This document shows positions 9,519-19,502 of a DNA stretch of 64,000 nucleotides, one piece after another. The translations under genes and the position numbers were made by a program. The number at the start of each line of letters is the position of its first letter. Position 1 is the stretch's first letter. Origin of the DNA: an uncultured Actinomycetota bacterium (lineage in GTDB: Bacteria > Actinomycetota > Actinomycetes > Propionibacteriales > Nocardioidaceae); NCBI GenBank assembly GCA_963849625.1, contig CAWKHU010000008.1, positions 1,741 to 65,740 on the forward strand, written 5' to 3'. The notes beneath the pieces were generated by a model that was not told the origin of the DNA, did not search any database, and saw only the letters and a list, made by a program, of their open reading frames with translations.

Positions 9519-11231
9519 ATGCGCCGCACAGCCCTCTTCCTCACTTCTTTGCTGATCGTCGCCGGTGTTGCCGGACCAGGCCTGGCTGCGACCACGACCG
9601 GCGTCGGCACCTTCGACGATCCCATGTCTGGTTCATCGACTGCGTACAGGACGACGATGCAGCTTCCGGCGACGGGGTTCCCGCAGGCAGATGTCAGGTC
9701 GACCTCACGGTCGGGCGGAGTAGGCCCGCAGTCGGGCGCGTCGATGTGGTTCGGTGCGTCCACCCCGCCTGGCAGCGAGTACGGCTCCAGCAAGGACAAG
9801 CCCTACCTGAATCTGCGTCCCAAGGCCGACAACGCGCAGTCGCCATCGATCACGCGTTACACCTTTGAGCGTGCAACACCCCAAGGCTGGGGGTTCGTCC
9901 TCGGAGACATCGACGCCGACAAGGTCACCATCTCGGCGACCAAGGCTGACGGAACTGCGGCGAGCTCGGCTGAGCTCGGTTTCCAGGCCGTGTTCAACAT
10001 GTGCGACGCCTCACCGAAGCCAAGCGGCTGCTCAGGAGTTGTGGCTCCGTTCGACCTGCCGATCTGGGATCCGTCGACCTCAACGCTCAATGGCAACACC
10101 ACCGCCGCCGACACGATCGGGGCATCGGGCTGGTTCAAGCCGTCGGTCTCCCTGCGAACCCTGACCTTCACCTTCACGCAGCGCTCAGGATTCCCGATCT
10201 ACCAGACGTGGTTCGCGGTCAAGAAGCAGGACGTCGGCGGCACGATCAACGCGAGCGGCACCTGCGTACCGACCGGGACCCAAGTACGGCTCATCGACGC
10301 AGGAGGCGCGGTTGTCGCGACCACCCCTGCGGCGGCGGACGGTTCGTACAAGTTCACGGGTGTCGCAGCGAGCGATGGCTACGAGGTCGAGATCGGGGAC
10401 CTGCCCGACGGTTGCATCGTTGACGGCCCGAGCCGCCGGTCGATCAACCTCACAGCGGGTGACGACACCGCCGACTTCATGATCCGCGAGATCGTCCCGG
10501 TGCCGATTTCCGGCACGGTCAAGGACGATCACGACAAGCCCGTCGCAGGCGTGACGGTCACCATCGATGACGGCACAAATCCGCCGCGCACGACGACCAC
10601 CGACAGCGACGGCTTCTACCTCTTCGACACCAACCCGGCCGCCACCTACACCGTGACAGCCACAGCGCCACCCGGGTACACGGCACCGTCGCCAGGCTCG
10701 CGAACGGTGACCATCGATCCCGCGGACACCGATCCGGTGACCAATCAGGACTTCGTGCTTGATGGCGCAGCGGGCGTCGGCTCGATCGCGGGCACCGTGA
10801 CCAAGGACGGAGCACCGGTCCCGGGTGCCACGATCACGATCACCGGGCCCAGCGCCTTCTCCGAGGAGCTGACGACCGACCCGGGGGGAAAGTACGCCCT
10901 CGGCAACCTTGACCCGGGCACGTACACCGTCGCGTTGACCCCGCCGGCAGGGACGACGAGTGACGACCCATCACAGGAGATCGTCATCCCGAAGGGGGGC
11001 GCAGACTTCGACGCGGTCGACTTCGCGATCGAGGACGCCGCGACTCCGCCGGGCCCCACCACACCCGGTGGCTCTGACCCAGGATCCGGGGCGGGTGCCA
11101 CCGACCTGCTCCCCGACACCGGCGGACCAGGCGAGGGCATTGGCGTCCTCGGTCTCGTCTTCCTCGTCGCCGGAACAGCATTGGTGGCGAGCACCCGGCA
11201 GAGGCAGGTCGGGCGACACAAGGCGTCGTGA
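9519..11231 (+). CDS. Secreted, sortase-anchored surface protein with repeated carboxypeptidase-regulatory/CnaB-like domains
   Basis: Signal peptide MRRTALFLTSLLIVAG; three beta-sandwich repeats (GT...G.Y.F pattern); C-terminal LPDTG, hydrophobic helix and basic tail. Confidence 0.8.
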   Translation: MRRTALFLTSLLIVAGVAGPGLAATTTGVGTFDDPMSGSSTAYRTTMQLPATGFPQADVRSTSRSGGVGPQSGASMWFGASTPPGSEYGSSKDKPYLNLRPKADNAQSPSITRYTFERATPQGWGFVLGDIDADKVTISATKADGTAASSAELGFQAVFNMCDASPKPSGCSGVVAPFDLPIWDPSTSTLNGNTTAADTIGASGWFKPSVSLRTLTFTFTQRSGFPIYQTWFAVKKQDVGGTINASGTCVPTGTQVRLIDAGGAVVATTPAAADGSYKFTGVAASDGYEVEIGDLPDGCIVDGPSRRSINLTAGDDTADFMIREIVPVPISGTVKDDHDKPVAGVTVTIDDGTNPPRTTTTDSDGFYLFDTNPAATYTVTATAPPGYTAPSPGSRTVTIDPADTDPVTNQDFVLDGAAGVGSIAGTVTKDGAPVPGATITITGPSAFSEELTTDPGGKYALGNLDPGTYTVALTPPAGTTSDDPSQEIVIPKGGADFDAVDFAIEDAATPPGPTTPGGSDPGSGAGATDLLPDTGGPGEGIGVLGLVFLVAGTALVASTRQRQVGRHKAS

Positions 11232-11253
11232 CGATCCTCACTCGGGCCGGCGG

Positions 11254-11282
11254 TTGGACAATGACAGTGATGGTGTCACAAT
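11254..11282 (+). promoter_or_regulatory. Promoter TTGGAC-N17-CACAAT with operator TGACA-N7-TGTCA
   Basis: TGACAgtgatggTGTCA at 11262-11278 upstream of fadA; same architecture as 5459-5487. Confidence 0.6.
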
Positions 11283-11336
11283 CGTTCGTACGCCTCTCCC
11301 TTCGACGCGGATCACCTTTCTCTCAAGGACACATTC

Positions 11337-12548
11337 ATGACTGAGGCATTCGTCTACGACGCCATCCGCACCCCCCGGGGCCGCGGCAAGAAGACCGGAT
11401 CACTCCACGAGGTCAAGCCGATCACCCTGATCACGGGCCTGATCGACGAGATCCAGAAGCGCAACCCCACGCTCGACCCGAATGGCGTCGACGACGTCGT
11501 GCTCGGCGTCGTGTCGCCCGTCGCCGACCAAGGTGGCGACATCGCCAAGACCGCGGCGCTCGCTGCGGGTCTGCCCGACACCGTCGCCGGCGTCCAGCTC
11601 AACCGGTTCTGCGCCTCCGGCCTCGAAGCCGTCAACCAGGCCGCAGGCCGCATCCGCTCCGGCTGGGAAGATCTGATCTTCGCCGGTGGCGTCGAGTCGA
11701 TGAGCCGCGTACCCATGGGTTCTGACGGTGGTGCCTGGGCGATGGATCCCCGTACGGCGTTCGACACCTCCTTCGTTCCCCAGGGCATCGGCGCTGACCT
11801 GATCGCCACGATCGAGGGCTACAGCCGTACCGACGTCGACACCTTCGCCGCCGAGTCACAGGCCCGCGCCGCCAAGGCGATCGCCAACGGCTACTTCTCC
11901 AAGTCGGTCATCCCGGTCAAGGACGAGAACGGTCTGACGATCCTTGATCACGACGAGTTCGTACGCGAGGGCACCACCGTCGAGAGCCTCGCCGGTCTGC
12001 CGGCCTCCTTCGCGGGAATCGGCGAGATGGGCGGCTTCGACGCCGTCGCGCTCGAGCAGTACCACGACGTCGAGCGCATCAACCACGTCCACCACGCCGG
12101 CAACTCGTCGGGCATCGTCGACGGGGCTGCCCTCGTCGCGATCGGCAGCGAGGCTGCGGGCAAGCGGCACGGACTGACGCCGCGGGCGCGCATCGTGTCG
12201 GCCGCCGTCTCCGGCGCCGACCCGACGATCATGTTGACCGGACCGGCTCCCGCCTGCCGCAAGGCACTCGACAAGGCCGGCCTGACGGTCGCCGACATCG
12301 ACCTGCTCGAGATCAACGAGGCGTTCGCTGCTGTCGCGATGCGCCTGATGAAGGACCTCGACTTCCCGCACGAGAAGACCAATGTCAACGGTGGCGCGAT
12401 CGCGATGGGCCACCCCCTGGGTGCGACCGGCGCAATGATCCTCGGCACCCTCATCGACGAGCTCGAGCGTCGCGACCAGCGCTACGGCCTTGCCACGCTC
12501 TGCGTCGGTGGCGGCATGGGCATCGCGACCGTCGTCGAACGAATCTAA
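11337..12548 (+). CDS. fadA: Acetyl-CoA C-acyltransferase (thiolase, beta-oxidation complex subunit)
   Basis: [27 protein letters not shown]. Confidence 0.95.
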   Translation: MTEAFVYDAIRTPRGRGKKTGSLHEVKPITLITGLIDEIQKRNPTLDPNGVDDVVLGVVSPVADQGGDIAKTAALAAGLPDTVAGVQLNRFCASGLEAVNQAAGRIRSGWEDLIFAGGVESMSRVPMGSDGGAWAMDPRTAFDTSFVPQGIGADLIATIEGYSRTDVDTFAAESQARAAKAIANGYFSKSVIPVKDENGLTILDHDEFVREGTTVESLAGLPASFAGIGEMGGFDAVALEQYHDVERINHVHHAGNSSGIVDGAALVAIGSEAAGKRHGLTPRARIVSAAVSGADPTIMLTGPAPACRKALDKAGLTVADIDLLEINEAFAAVAMRLMKDLDFPHEKTNVNGGAIAMGHPLGATGAMILGTLIDELERRDQRYGLATLCVGGGMGIATVVERI

Positions 12549-12558
12549 GGAACTCCAC

Positions 12559-14760
12559 ATGACCAGCACAACTGACGCAGTCCGCTATGAGCTCGCCGAT
12601 GGCATCGCCAACCTGATCCTCGACGACCCCAACCAGAGCGCCAACACGATGACCCCCGCCTACCGCGAGGGCATGGCGAAGGCCGTCGACCGCCTCGCCG
12701 AGGACATCGCCGCCAAGCCTGACGCCATCAAGGGTGTCATCGTCTCGTCGGCCAAGAAGACCTTCTTCGCCGGCGGCGACCTCAAGCTCATGACCCAGGC
12801 GAAGCCCGAGGATGCCGAAGACATCTTCGAGAACGTCGAGAGCATCAAGGCCACGCTCCGCAAGCTGGAGACGATCGGCAAGCCCGTCGTCGCCGCGATC
12901 AACGGTGCCGCCCTCGGAGGCGGACTCGAGATCGCTCTCGCTTGCCATCACCGCATCGCGGCTGACGGACGCTACGACATCGGACTCCCCGAGTCGAGCC
13001 TCGGCCTCCTCCCCGGTGGCGGTGGCGTGACTCGTACGGTTCGCATGCTCGGCATCGCCGACGCGCTGCTCAAGGTGCTCCTGCAGGGCACGCGTTTCAA
13101 GCCGTCACAGGCCAAGGAGACCGGCCTCATCGACGAGGTCGTCGCCACGCAGGACGACCTCATCCCCGCTGCCAAGGCCTGGATCGAGGCCAACGCCGAC
13201 AACGAGGACGCCTCAGTGCAGCCGTGGGACCGCAAGGGCTACAAGATGCCCGGCGGAACGCCCAAGACCCCGGCTTTCGCCGCCAACCTCCCGGCCTTCC
13301 CGGCCAACCTGCGCAAGCAGGTCAAGGGTGCTGACTACCGTGCGCCGAAAAACATCTTGAGCGCTGCGATCGAGGGCGCCTCGGTTGACTTCGACACCGC
13401 CAGCCGCATCGAGTCGCGCTACCTCGTCGAGCTCGTCGTCGGTCAGCAGTTCAAGAACATGACGCAGGCGTTCTTCTTCGACCTGAACGCGATCAACGCG
13501 GGCGGTTCACGCCCCGATGGCGTCGAGAAGAAGAAGTTCACCAAGGTTGCCGTGCTCGGCGCCGGCATGATGGGCGCGGGCATCGCGTACGTCTCCGCCA
13601 AGGCCGGCATGGAGGTCGTCCTCAAGGACGTCAGCCTCGAAGCCGCCGAGAAGGGCAAGTCGTACAGCGAGAAGCTTCTCGACAAGCAGCTCGCCAAGGG
13701 CCGCATCACGCAGGAGAAGAAGGACGCTTTCCTCTCGCTGATCAAGCCGACCGCGGACTACGCCGATCTCGAGGGCTGCGACATCGTCGTCGAGGCGGTC
13801 TTCGAGTCGGTCGAGCTCAAGCACTCGGTGTTCGCCGAGCTCGAGCCGATTGTCAACCCTGATGCTCTCCTTGGATCCAACACGTCGACGCTGCCGATCA
13901 CCGGACTCGCCGAAGGTGTGAAGCGGCCCGAGGACTTCATCGGAATCCACTTCTTCTCGCCGGTCGACAAGATGCCGCTGGTCGAGATCATCGCCGGCGC
14001 CAAGACCAACGACAAGACGATCGCGCACGCGCTCGACTACGTCCAGGCGATCAAGAAGACGCCGATCGTCGTCAACGACAGCCGAGGGTTCTTCACCAGC
14101 CGGGTGATCGGTCAGTTCATCAACGAGGGCCTCGGCATGCTGACCGAGGGCATCAGCCCCGTGTCGATCGACCGTGCCGCGACCCAGTCGGGCTACCCGA
14201 CGGGACCGCTGCAGCTCAGTGACGAGCTCAACCTCGAGCTGATGAAGAAGATCCGCGTCGCCTCGCAGGAGGCAGTTGCGGCCGAGGGCGGTACGTGGCC
14301 TGCCACCCCGTCCGACGACGTCGTCGACCGGATGATCGAGCTCGGTCGTTCGAGCAAGCTCGTCGGCAAGGGCTTCTTCGAGTACGACGAGAACGGCAAG
14401 CGGACGGGTCTGTGGTCGGGCCTGGCCGAAGAGTTCCCGGTCGCCGCTGAGCAGCCTGACTTCCAGGACCTCAAGGACCGTCTCGTGTTCGTGATGTCGC
14501 TCGACACGGTTCGCTGCCTCGAAGAAGGAGTGCTCCGTACCGTTGCGGACGCCAACATCGGCTCGATCTTCGGCATCGGCTTCCCGCCGCAGCTGGGTGG
14601 CGCGCTGCAGTACATCAACGGCTACGAGGCGCCCGACGGACGCATCGGCATCGAGGCGTTCACCGAGCGTGCGCAGGAGCTGGCCGCGAAGTACGGCGAG
14701 CGGTTCGAGCCTCCGGCACTGCTGCTCGACAAGGCGAAGAACGGCGAGAAGTTTGCCTGA
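12559..14760 (+). CDS. fadB: Fatty acid oxidation complex alpha subunit (enoyl-CoA hydratase/3-hydroxyacyl-CoA dehydrogenase)
   Basis: Crotonase domain (GGGLEIALAC, PGGGG) plus HAD domain (GAGMMGAG, SNTSTL, HFFSP); ATG 12559 follows an AAGGA RBS. Confidence 0.95.
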   Translation: MTSTTDAVRYELADGIANLILDDPNQSANTMTPAYREGMAKAVDRLAEDIAAKPDAIKGVIVSSAKKTFFAGGDLKLMTQAKPEDAEDIFENVESIKATLRKLETIGKPVVAAINGAALGGGLEIALACHHRIAADGRYDIGLPESSLGLLPGGGGVTRTVRMLGIADALLKVLLQGTRFKPSQAKETGLIDEVVATQDDLIPAAKAWIEANADNEDASVQPWDRKGYKMPGGTPKTPAFAANLPAFPANLRKQVKGADYRAPKNILSAAIEGASVDFDTASRIESRYLVELVVGQQFKNMTQAFFFDLNAINAGGSRPDGVEKKKFTKVAVLGAGMMGAGIAYVSAKAGMEVVLKDVSLEAAEKGKSYSEKLLDKQLAKGRITQEKKDAFLSLIKPTADYADLEGCDIVVEAVFESVELKHSVFAELEPIVNPDALLGSNTSTLPITGLAEGVKRPEDFIGIHFFSPVDKMPLVEIIAGAKTNDKTIAHALDYVQAIKKTPIVVNDSRGFFTSRVIGQFINEGLGMLTEGISPVSIDRAATQSGYPTGPLQLSDELNLELMKKIRVASQEAVAAEGGTWPATPSDDVVDRMIELGRSSKLVGKGFFEYDENGKRTGLWSGLAEEFPVAAEQPDFQDLKDRLVFVMSLDTVRCLEEGVLRTVADANIGSIFGIGFPPQLGGALQYINGYEAPDGRIGIEAFTERAQELAAKYGERFEPPALLLDKAKNGEKFA

Positions 14761-14776
14761 CCTGAGCTGACCACAG

Positions 14777-14809
14777 GAACGACCCGCGACCCAGCGTCGC
14801 GGGTCGTTC
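14777..14809. terminator. Intrinsic terminator hairpin
   Basis: Perfect 14-bp stem GAACGACCCGCGAC-ccagc-GTCGCGGGTCGTTC between convergent fadB and HNH genes. Confidence 0.8.
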
Positions 14810-14816
14810 TGTGTGC

Positions 14817-15986
14817 TCAGGCAGCCAGCCCCATGTGCACCGGATCGCGGTAGATCTCGAGCACCAGGGGTGGCGGTTGGGGCGGGGGACCGGTCGACCA
14901 GTGGAGCACTCCGTGCCCCTTGAAGATGTGGTGCCTTCGGCAGAGGGGTCCGAGGTTGGTTGCGCTGGTGGGTCCGAGCGGCCAGGGCTCGCGGTGGTCG
15001 ATGTCGCAGCGCTCGGCCGGCACCATGCATCCCGGTGCCTGGCAGACCCCGTCGCGAAATCTGAGAGCCACGTCGAGCACATCGGGTGAGAAGCGGCCGA
15101 CATACTCATGCGACAGCACGTCATCGGTCACCGGGTCGAGCACCATGCGATGCCAGAAGGTGGTGCCGGTGAGTGCGATGTCGGTGATCCACGAGGCTGG
15201 CACCGCCCAGCGGCCGTCGGTCGACTCGGCGAAGCCGTCGACCGCGCCGGCCAGCACGTCGGCGTCGATCGTCACCGCGACGTGCGCGTCGAGGAGGACG
15301 TTTGTCGCCTCCGAGCTGGTGCACCAGGAGACGAGCACGTCGGCCTCGCGCTGCGAGACGGTGCGGTCGTCATCAGGCGCGGGCTTGCGCGCGGCTCGGG
15401 TGAGGCGGCTCTCGATCGCGGCCAGCTGATGGGACGGCAGGTAGGCGCTCAGCCAACCCATGCCGTCGTCGCCGTGCCGGACAGAGACGTAACGATTGGC
15501 TCGCTCGGCGTCGGCTCTCTCGACCGTCAGGTCCTCCTCGACGCGTTGCACGAAGCGGCGCAGCCACACCCGCAGCTCGGCCGCAGTGTGGTCGACGGCG
15601 AAGCCGACCACGCGCTTGTCGAGGCGCTCGACTGACTCGGGGCGGTGGAGCTGGTCGATCGCACTCGCGATGTCGCGCACCCGCGCGAAGTCGAGCCGTC
15701 CTTCGTTGAAGGCCGCCCACGCCAGCGGTGTGCGACTGCGCACGGTCTGGGCGGCCGACAGCCGAAGCTGCACCTGCCCTTCACTCAGCCCGGTGGCTTC
15801 GCCGATGGCCATGGGAACGGCGGCTCGCTCGACCCGTCGACGCATCTCCGGCTCCACGTGCTCGGTGCGCTCCACCTCGGACTCGCGGAATCGAAGCATC
15901 TCGGAAACCTCTCGCGCCTCGGCCCTGGCCCGCTCCCGGACGAGACCGGAAAGGGTCTCGATCGTGGGAGTCGATGCTGTGGCCAT
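14817..15986 (-). CDS. DUF222/HNH endonuclease (13E12-repeat family) protein
   Basis: C-terminal RDGVCQAPGC...CDIDH...GPTSATNLGPLCRRHH HNH motif; helical N-terminal region ending QREAD. Confidence 0.88.
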   Translation of the reverse strand: MATASTPTIETLSGLVRERARAEAREVSEMLRFRESEVERTEHVEPEMRRRVERAAVPMAIGEATGLSEGQVQLRLSAAQTVRSRTPLAWAAFNEGRLDFARVRDIASAIDQLHRPESVERLDKRVVGFAVDHTAAELRVWLRRFVQRVEEDLTVERADAERANRYVSVRHGDDGMGWLSAYLPSHQLAAIESRLTRAARKPAPDDDRTVSQREADVLVSWCTSSEATNVLLDAHVAVTIDADVLAGAVDGFAESTDGRWAVPASWITDIALTGTTFWHRMVLDPVTDDVLSHEYVGRFSPDVLDVALRFRDGVCQAPGCMVPAERCDIDHREPWPLGPTSATNLGPLCRRHHIFKGHGVLHWSTGPPPQPPPLVLEIYRDPVHMGLAA

Positions 15987-16041
15987 ACCCCAAATCTAGG
16001 TGCCAGCACCGACACTGCTTTTCGGCCAGAACCTGCTGAAT

Positions 16042-16410
16042 TCAGACAGGTCGAAAGCCCGAGCACAGCACCCGGGCGTAGGTGATCTGGCCAGCCTCGG
16101 TGCGGTAATAGACCTGCTGCTCGGCAGTGTGTGGGCCGTCCGGCGTCGTCAAGGTGAAGCGGTAGGTGATCCGCTCGGTGTCCGCGACCGGGTCTCCGTC
16201 CTCGAGAGCCACGATCTCGTCGATCTGGTCGTGCGGCTCGAACCAATGGCCCAGGATGACTTCGATCGCACCCTCGGCATCGTCGGACTCCCAAACACGT
16301 CCGGGCGTCAGACCCTTGAAGCTCACCTCCGGTGCGAGCAGCGCGCGGAGCGCGGCGTGGTCGCGGGCCGCGATCGCCGTGGCAAGTCGTCTGCCGAGAC
16401 TCTCGCTCAT
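16042..16410 (-). CDS. NTF2/SnoaL-like protein
   Basis: Start set at MSESLGRR; LLAPEVSFKGLTPGRVW...EQQVYY...LCSGFRP; overlaps the P450 stop by 4 nt. Confidence 0.7.
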   Translation of the reverse strand: MSESLGRRLATAIAARDHAALRALLAPEVSFKGLTPGRVWESDDAEGAIEVILGHWFEPHDQIDEIVALEDGDPVADTERITYRFTLTTPDGPHTAEQQVYYRTEAGQITYARVLCSGFRPV

Positions 16411-17759
16411 GAGGTCAGCGTACGACTCGCTGGCAGCTCCGTCAGCCGTACCGGCTGGCCATCCTTGGGGAACGGCAGTGAGTGGTAGTTCAGCGGGGCT
16501 TCGTAGTCGGGATCGACGGTCCAGGAGTAGCGGCGGAGCAGGTGGTGCATCACGGTCTTGACCTCCGCGCCGGCGAAGAACATGCCGAGGCACTTGTGCA
16601 CTCCACCGCCGAACGGCTCCCACGCGTTGCGATGCACCTTGTCCTCGCGCCGGTCCTCGGAGAACCGCTCGGGATCGAACGTCTCCGGATCGGGCCAGAG
16701 CTCCTCCATGTGGTGTGAGAGGTGCATCATCACCGCGACCAGTCGGCCGGCGGGGATGCGGTGGCCCATGACCTCGGTCTCCTTGACCGTCTTGCGGGCG
16801 AGCACCGGTACGGGTGGAACGAGTCTCAGGCACTCCTTCATGACCAGGTCGAGCGAGGTGAGTCCGTCGAGCTCTGCGAGCGTGGGGTGCTCCGGCAGGG
16901 CCATGACCTCGGCGCGGCACCGTTCCTGCCACTCGGGGTGCTGGCCGAGACGCTGCATCATCCCGGAGACCGTGATCGTGGTGGTGTCGTGCGCGGCCAT
17001 CAGCAGGAAGATCATGTGGTTGACGATGTCGTCGTCGGAGAATCGCTCTCCGTCGTCGGTGGTCACCTGGCACAGCACCGAGAACAGGTCGGTGCCGGGA
17101 TTGGCGCGCTTGTCAGGCAGCTGCCGGCGCAGGAACTCCTCGAGCAGAGCGCGACCGCGGATGGCCTTGCCCCAGCGGGTTCCGGGCACATTGGCCCGGA
17201 CCATGGCGGTGGCCGACTGCACGCAGTCGATGAAGGCCCGGTTGACCCGCGCCAGCTCATCGGGCGAGGCGAGCTCGGCGCCGCCCATGAAGACTTCGGT
17301 GGCGAGCTCGAGGGTCAGCTCCTTGAGCGCCGGATAGGCGAGGAAGTTGTCGCCGGGCTGCCACCGCTCGAGGCCCGAGACGACTGCCGGTTGAAGGGCC
17401 TCGGTGTATCGCTGGAGGTGTTCGCGCGTGAAGGCCGACTGCATGATGCGGCGGTGGCGGTGGTGCTCCTCGAAGTCGAGCAACATCAGTCCACGATCGA
17501 AGAACGGGCCGACCAGATAGCCCCAGCCCTCTCCGCTCGAGTAGGCCTTGTCGGCATTTCGCAGGGCGACCTCGCAGGCATCGGGCCCGAGGAGCACCGT
17601 CCAGCGCTTGCCGATGAAATCCATGTCGGAGACGGGACCGTAGGCGTCGTGGTGCTCGCGCATCATCTTCAGCGGATCGCGGATGTACGCCAGCGTCCTC
17701 CCGACGTACGGAACACCGCGTCGACGTGGTGGAGAGACGAGTGCGCTGGTGATCGGCAT
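16407..17759 (-). CDS. Cytochrome P450 (CYP136-like)
   Basis: I-helix LLMAAHDTT, ExxR (ECLR), heme motif FGGGVHKCLG. Confidence 0.93.
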   Translation of the reverse strand: MPITSALVSPPRRRGVPYVGRTLAYIRDPLKMMREHHDAYGPVSDMDFIGKRWTVLLGPDACEVALRNADKAYSSGEGWGYLVGPFFDRGLMLLDFEEHHRHRRIMQSAFTREHLQRYTEALQPAVVSGLERWQPGDNFLAYPALKELTLELATEVFMGGAELASPDELARVNRAFIDCVQSATAMVRANVPGTRWGKAIRGRALLEEFLRRQLPDKRANPGTDLFSVLCQVTTDDGERFSDDDIVNHMIFLLMAAHDTTTITVSGMMQRLGQHPEWQERCRAEVMALPEHPTLAELDGLTSLDLVMKECLRLVPPVPVLARKTVKETEVMGHRIPAGRLVAVMMHLSHHMEELWPDPETFDPERFSEDRREDKVHRNAWEPFGGGVHKCLGMFFAGAEVKTVMHHLLRRYSWTVDPDYEAPLNYHSLPFPKDGQPVRLTELPASRTLTS

Positions 17760-17776
17760 GTCGCCATCTTGATTCA

Positions 17777-17792
17777 GACAGAGCGCTCTGTC
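17777..17792. promoter_or_regulatory. Putative TetR operator
   Basis: Perfect 16-bp palindrome GACAGAGCGCTCTGTC in the 44-bp gap between divergent P450 and tetR. Confidence 0.7.
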
Positions 17793-17803
17793 AATATGTA
17801 GGC

Positions 17804-18421
17804 ATGGCGGTGAAGCACGGTGTGTACGGCGGGGTCAGCGCGACCGACCGCCGAGCAGGCCGTCGGCTCAGGCTGCTTGACGCGACCCTCGAGGTCTGGG
17901 GCCGCGAAGGTGGGCCGCCGGTCACGATGACCCGAGTCTGCGCCGAGGCGGGGCTCACCGAGCGCTACTTCTATGAGAGCTTCTCGGGTCTCGCCGACGC
18001 ACAGATCGCAGTCGTGCAGCGCGTCGCCGAGGAGATCGCCGAACGCACCGTCGACGCGCTCGAGTCGACCGCAGGCGGTCCGACCGAGCGGGTTCGTGCG
18101 GCGATTGGCGCGTTCGTCCAGATCCTCACGGACGATCCGCGCAAGGGGCGGGTCGCCATCGTCGAGTCGGCGAGTGTCGAGGCCGTACGAGCCCCGCGCG
18201 CGCAGATGCTGCGCCAGTTCGCCGAGCTCGCTGCGCGCGAGGCGCGGGAGCTCTACGGCCCACGAGCCTGGAGCGAGGCCGAGGGCCGGCTCGCTGCGAC
18301 GATGTTCATCGGGGGCTTGGCCGAGCTGGTGACGACATGGATCGAAGGAGCGTTGAAAGCCTCGCCCGCCGACATCGTCGACGCGGCGACGCACAACTTC
18401 ACGTCCACCGCCCATCGGTGA
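17804..18421 (+). CDS. TetR family transcriptional regulator
   Basis: YGGVSA..RR, HTH TMTRVCAEAGLTERYFYESF. Confidence 0.9.
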   Translation: MAVKHGVYGGVSATDRRAGRRLRLLDATLEVWGREGGPPVTMTRVCAEAGLTERYFYESFSGLADAQIAVVQRVAEEIAERTVDALESTAGGPTERVRAAIGAFVQILTDDPRKGRVAIVESASVEAVRAPRAQMLRQFAELAAREARELYGPRAWSEAEGRLAATMFIGGLAELVTTWIEGALKASPADIVDAATHNFTSTAHR

Positions 18422-18445
18422 GTGTGACGTAGTCGGAGAGCGGGG

Positions 18446-18474
18446 ATAGGTCATCCTAAGTTAGGGTTACCTAC
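18446..18474. promoter_or_regulatory. IdeR/DtxR iron box
   Basis: CTAAGTTAGGGTTACCTAC (18456-18474) matches 15/19 of TWAGGTWAGSCTWACCTWA, with a weaker overlapping copy from 18446; lies upstream of iron ABC permeases. Confidence 0.75.
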
Positions 18475-18497
18475 ATCGCTCCACCGAAGGTAGGTCC

Positions 18498-19502
18498 ATG
18501 GCCCAGCTCAGTCGCCGTGCCGTCGGTCTGGCGATCCTTGTGGGCCTTCTCGCCGGGGTCTGCTTCTTCAGCATCACCTTGGGCGCGCGTGGTGTCGGAC
18601 CGGGGACGATCGTCAAGGCATTCCTCGACTTCGATCCCGGCTCCGCCTCCGAGACGGTCATCCGCGAGCTCCGCGTGCCACGCACGCTGATCGGCATCCT
18701 CGCCGGTGCTGCGCTCGGGCTCAGTGGCGCGATCCTGCAGGGCGTCACCCGCAACCCACTCGCCGATCCGGGCATCATGGGCGTCAACGCCGGCGCTGCG
18801 GCGTTCGTCGTCTTCGCGATCATGGTCCTCGGCACGCAGAGCATCGGCGCGTACGTCTGGTTCGCGTTCGCCGGTGCCGGCTTCGCCACGGTCATCGTCT
18901 ACGCGATCGCGTCGTTCGGGCGCGAGGGCGCGACCCCGGTCAAGCTCGCCCTGGCCGGCGCCGCCGTGACCGCGGTGCTGACGTCCGTCACCTCGGCGAT
19001 CATCATGACCAACATCGACGCGCTCAACGAGCTGCGGTTCTGGCAGGTCGGCTCGCTGGCCGGCCGCTACTTCTCGGTCTTCGCCCAGACCGCCCCGTTC
19101 ATCGCGGTCGGCATCGTCCTGGCGCTCGGCACGGGCCGTGCGCTCAACGGTCTCGCGATGGGTGACGATCTTGCCGAGGCACTGGGCCAGCGAGTCCGAC
19201 TGAGCCGGGTCGTGATGTTCGTCGTCGTGGCCCTCCTCTGCGGGGCTGCCACCGCCGCGTGCGGGCCGATCGTGTTCGTCGGCCTGGTCGTGCCACACGT
19301 CGCCCGCATGCTGTGCGGGCCCGACTACCGGTGGATCCTGCCCTACTCGATGGTGCTCACCCCCATCGTGCTGCTGGTCGCTGACATCATCGGCCGCGTC
19401 ATCGTGTCGCCCGGAGAGCTCCAGGTCGGCGTCGTCCTCGGCGTGCTGGGCGCTCCGGCATTCGTCGCCCTCGTCCGCTATCGCAACCTCGCGGAGCTGT
19501 GA
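18498..19502 (+). CDS. Iron-siderophore ABC transporter permease (FecCD family)
   Basis: LRVPRT, QGVTRNPLADPGIMG, GPIVFVGLVVPH. Confidence 0.93.
   Translation: MAQLSRRAVGLAILVGLLAGVCFFSITLGARGVGPGTIVKAFLDFDPGSASETVIRELRVPRTLIGILAGAALGLSGAILQGVTRNPLADPGIMGVNAGAAAFVVFAIMVLGTQSIGAYVWFAFAGAGFATVIVYAIASFGREGATPVKLALAGAAVTAVLTSVTSAIIMTNIDALNELRFWQVGSLAGRYFSVFAQTAPFIAVGIVLALGTGRALNGLAMGDDLAEALGQRVRLSRVVMFVVVALLCGAATAACGPIVFVGLVVPHVARMLCGPDYRWILPYSMVLTPIVLLVADIIGRVIVSPGELQVGVVLGVLGAPAFVALVRYRNLAEL

Noticed and set aside
8735-9799. Long N-terminal extensions in the ORF track (also 36486-37751, 51847-53676, 23320-24195, 16042-17073, 30906-32378)
   Set aside because: The extensions overlap neighbouring genes and lack family motifs; downstream starts fit RBS or coupling better, so they are not fusions.
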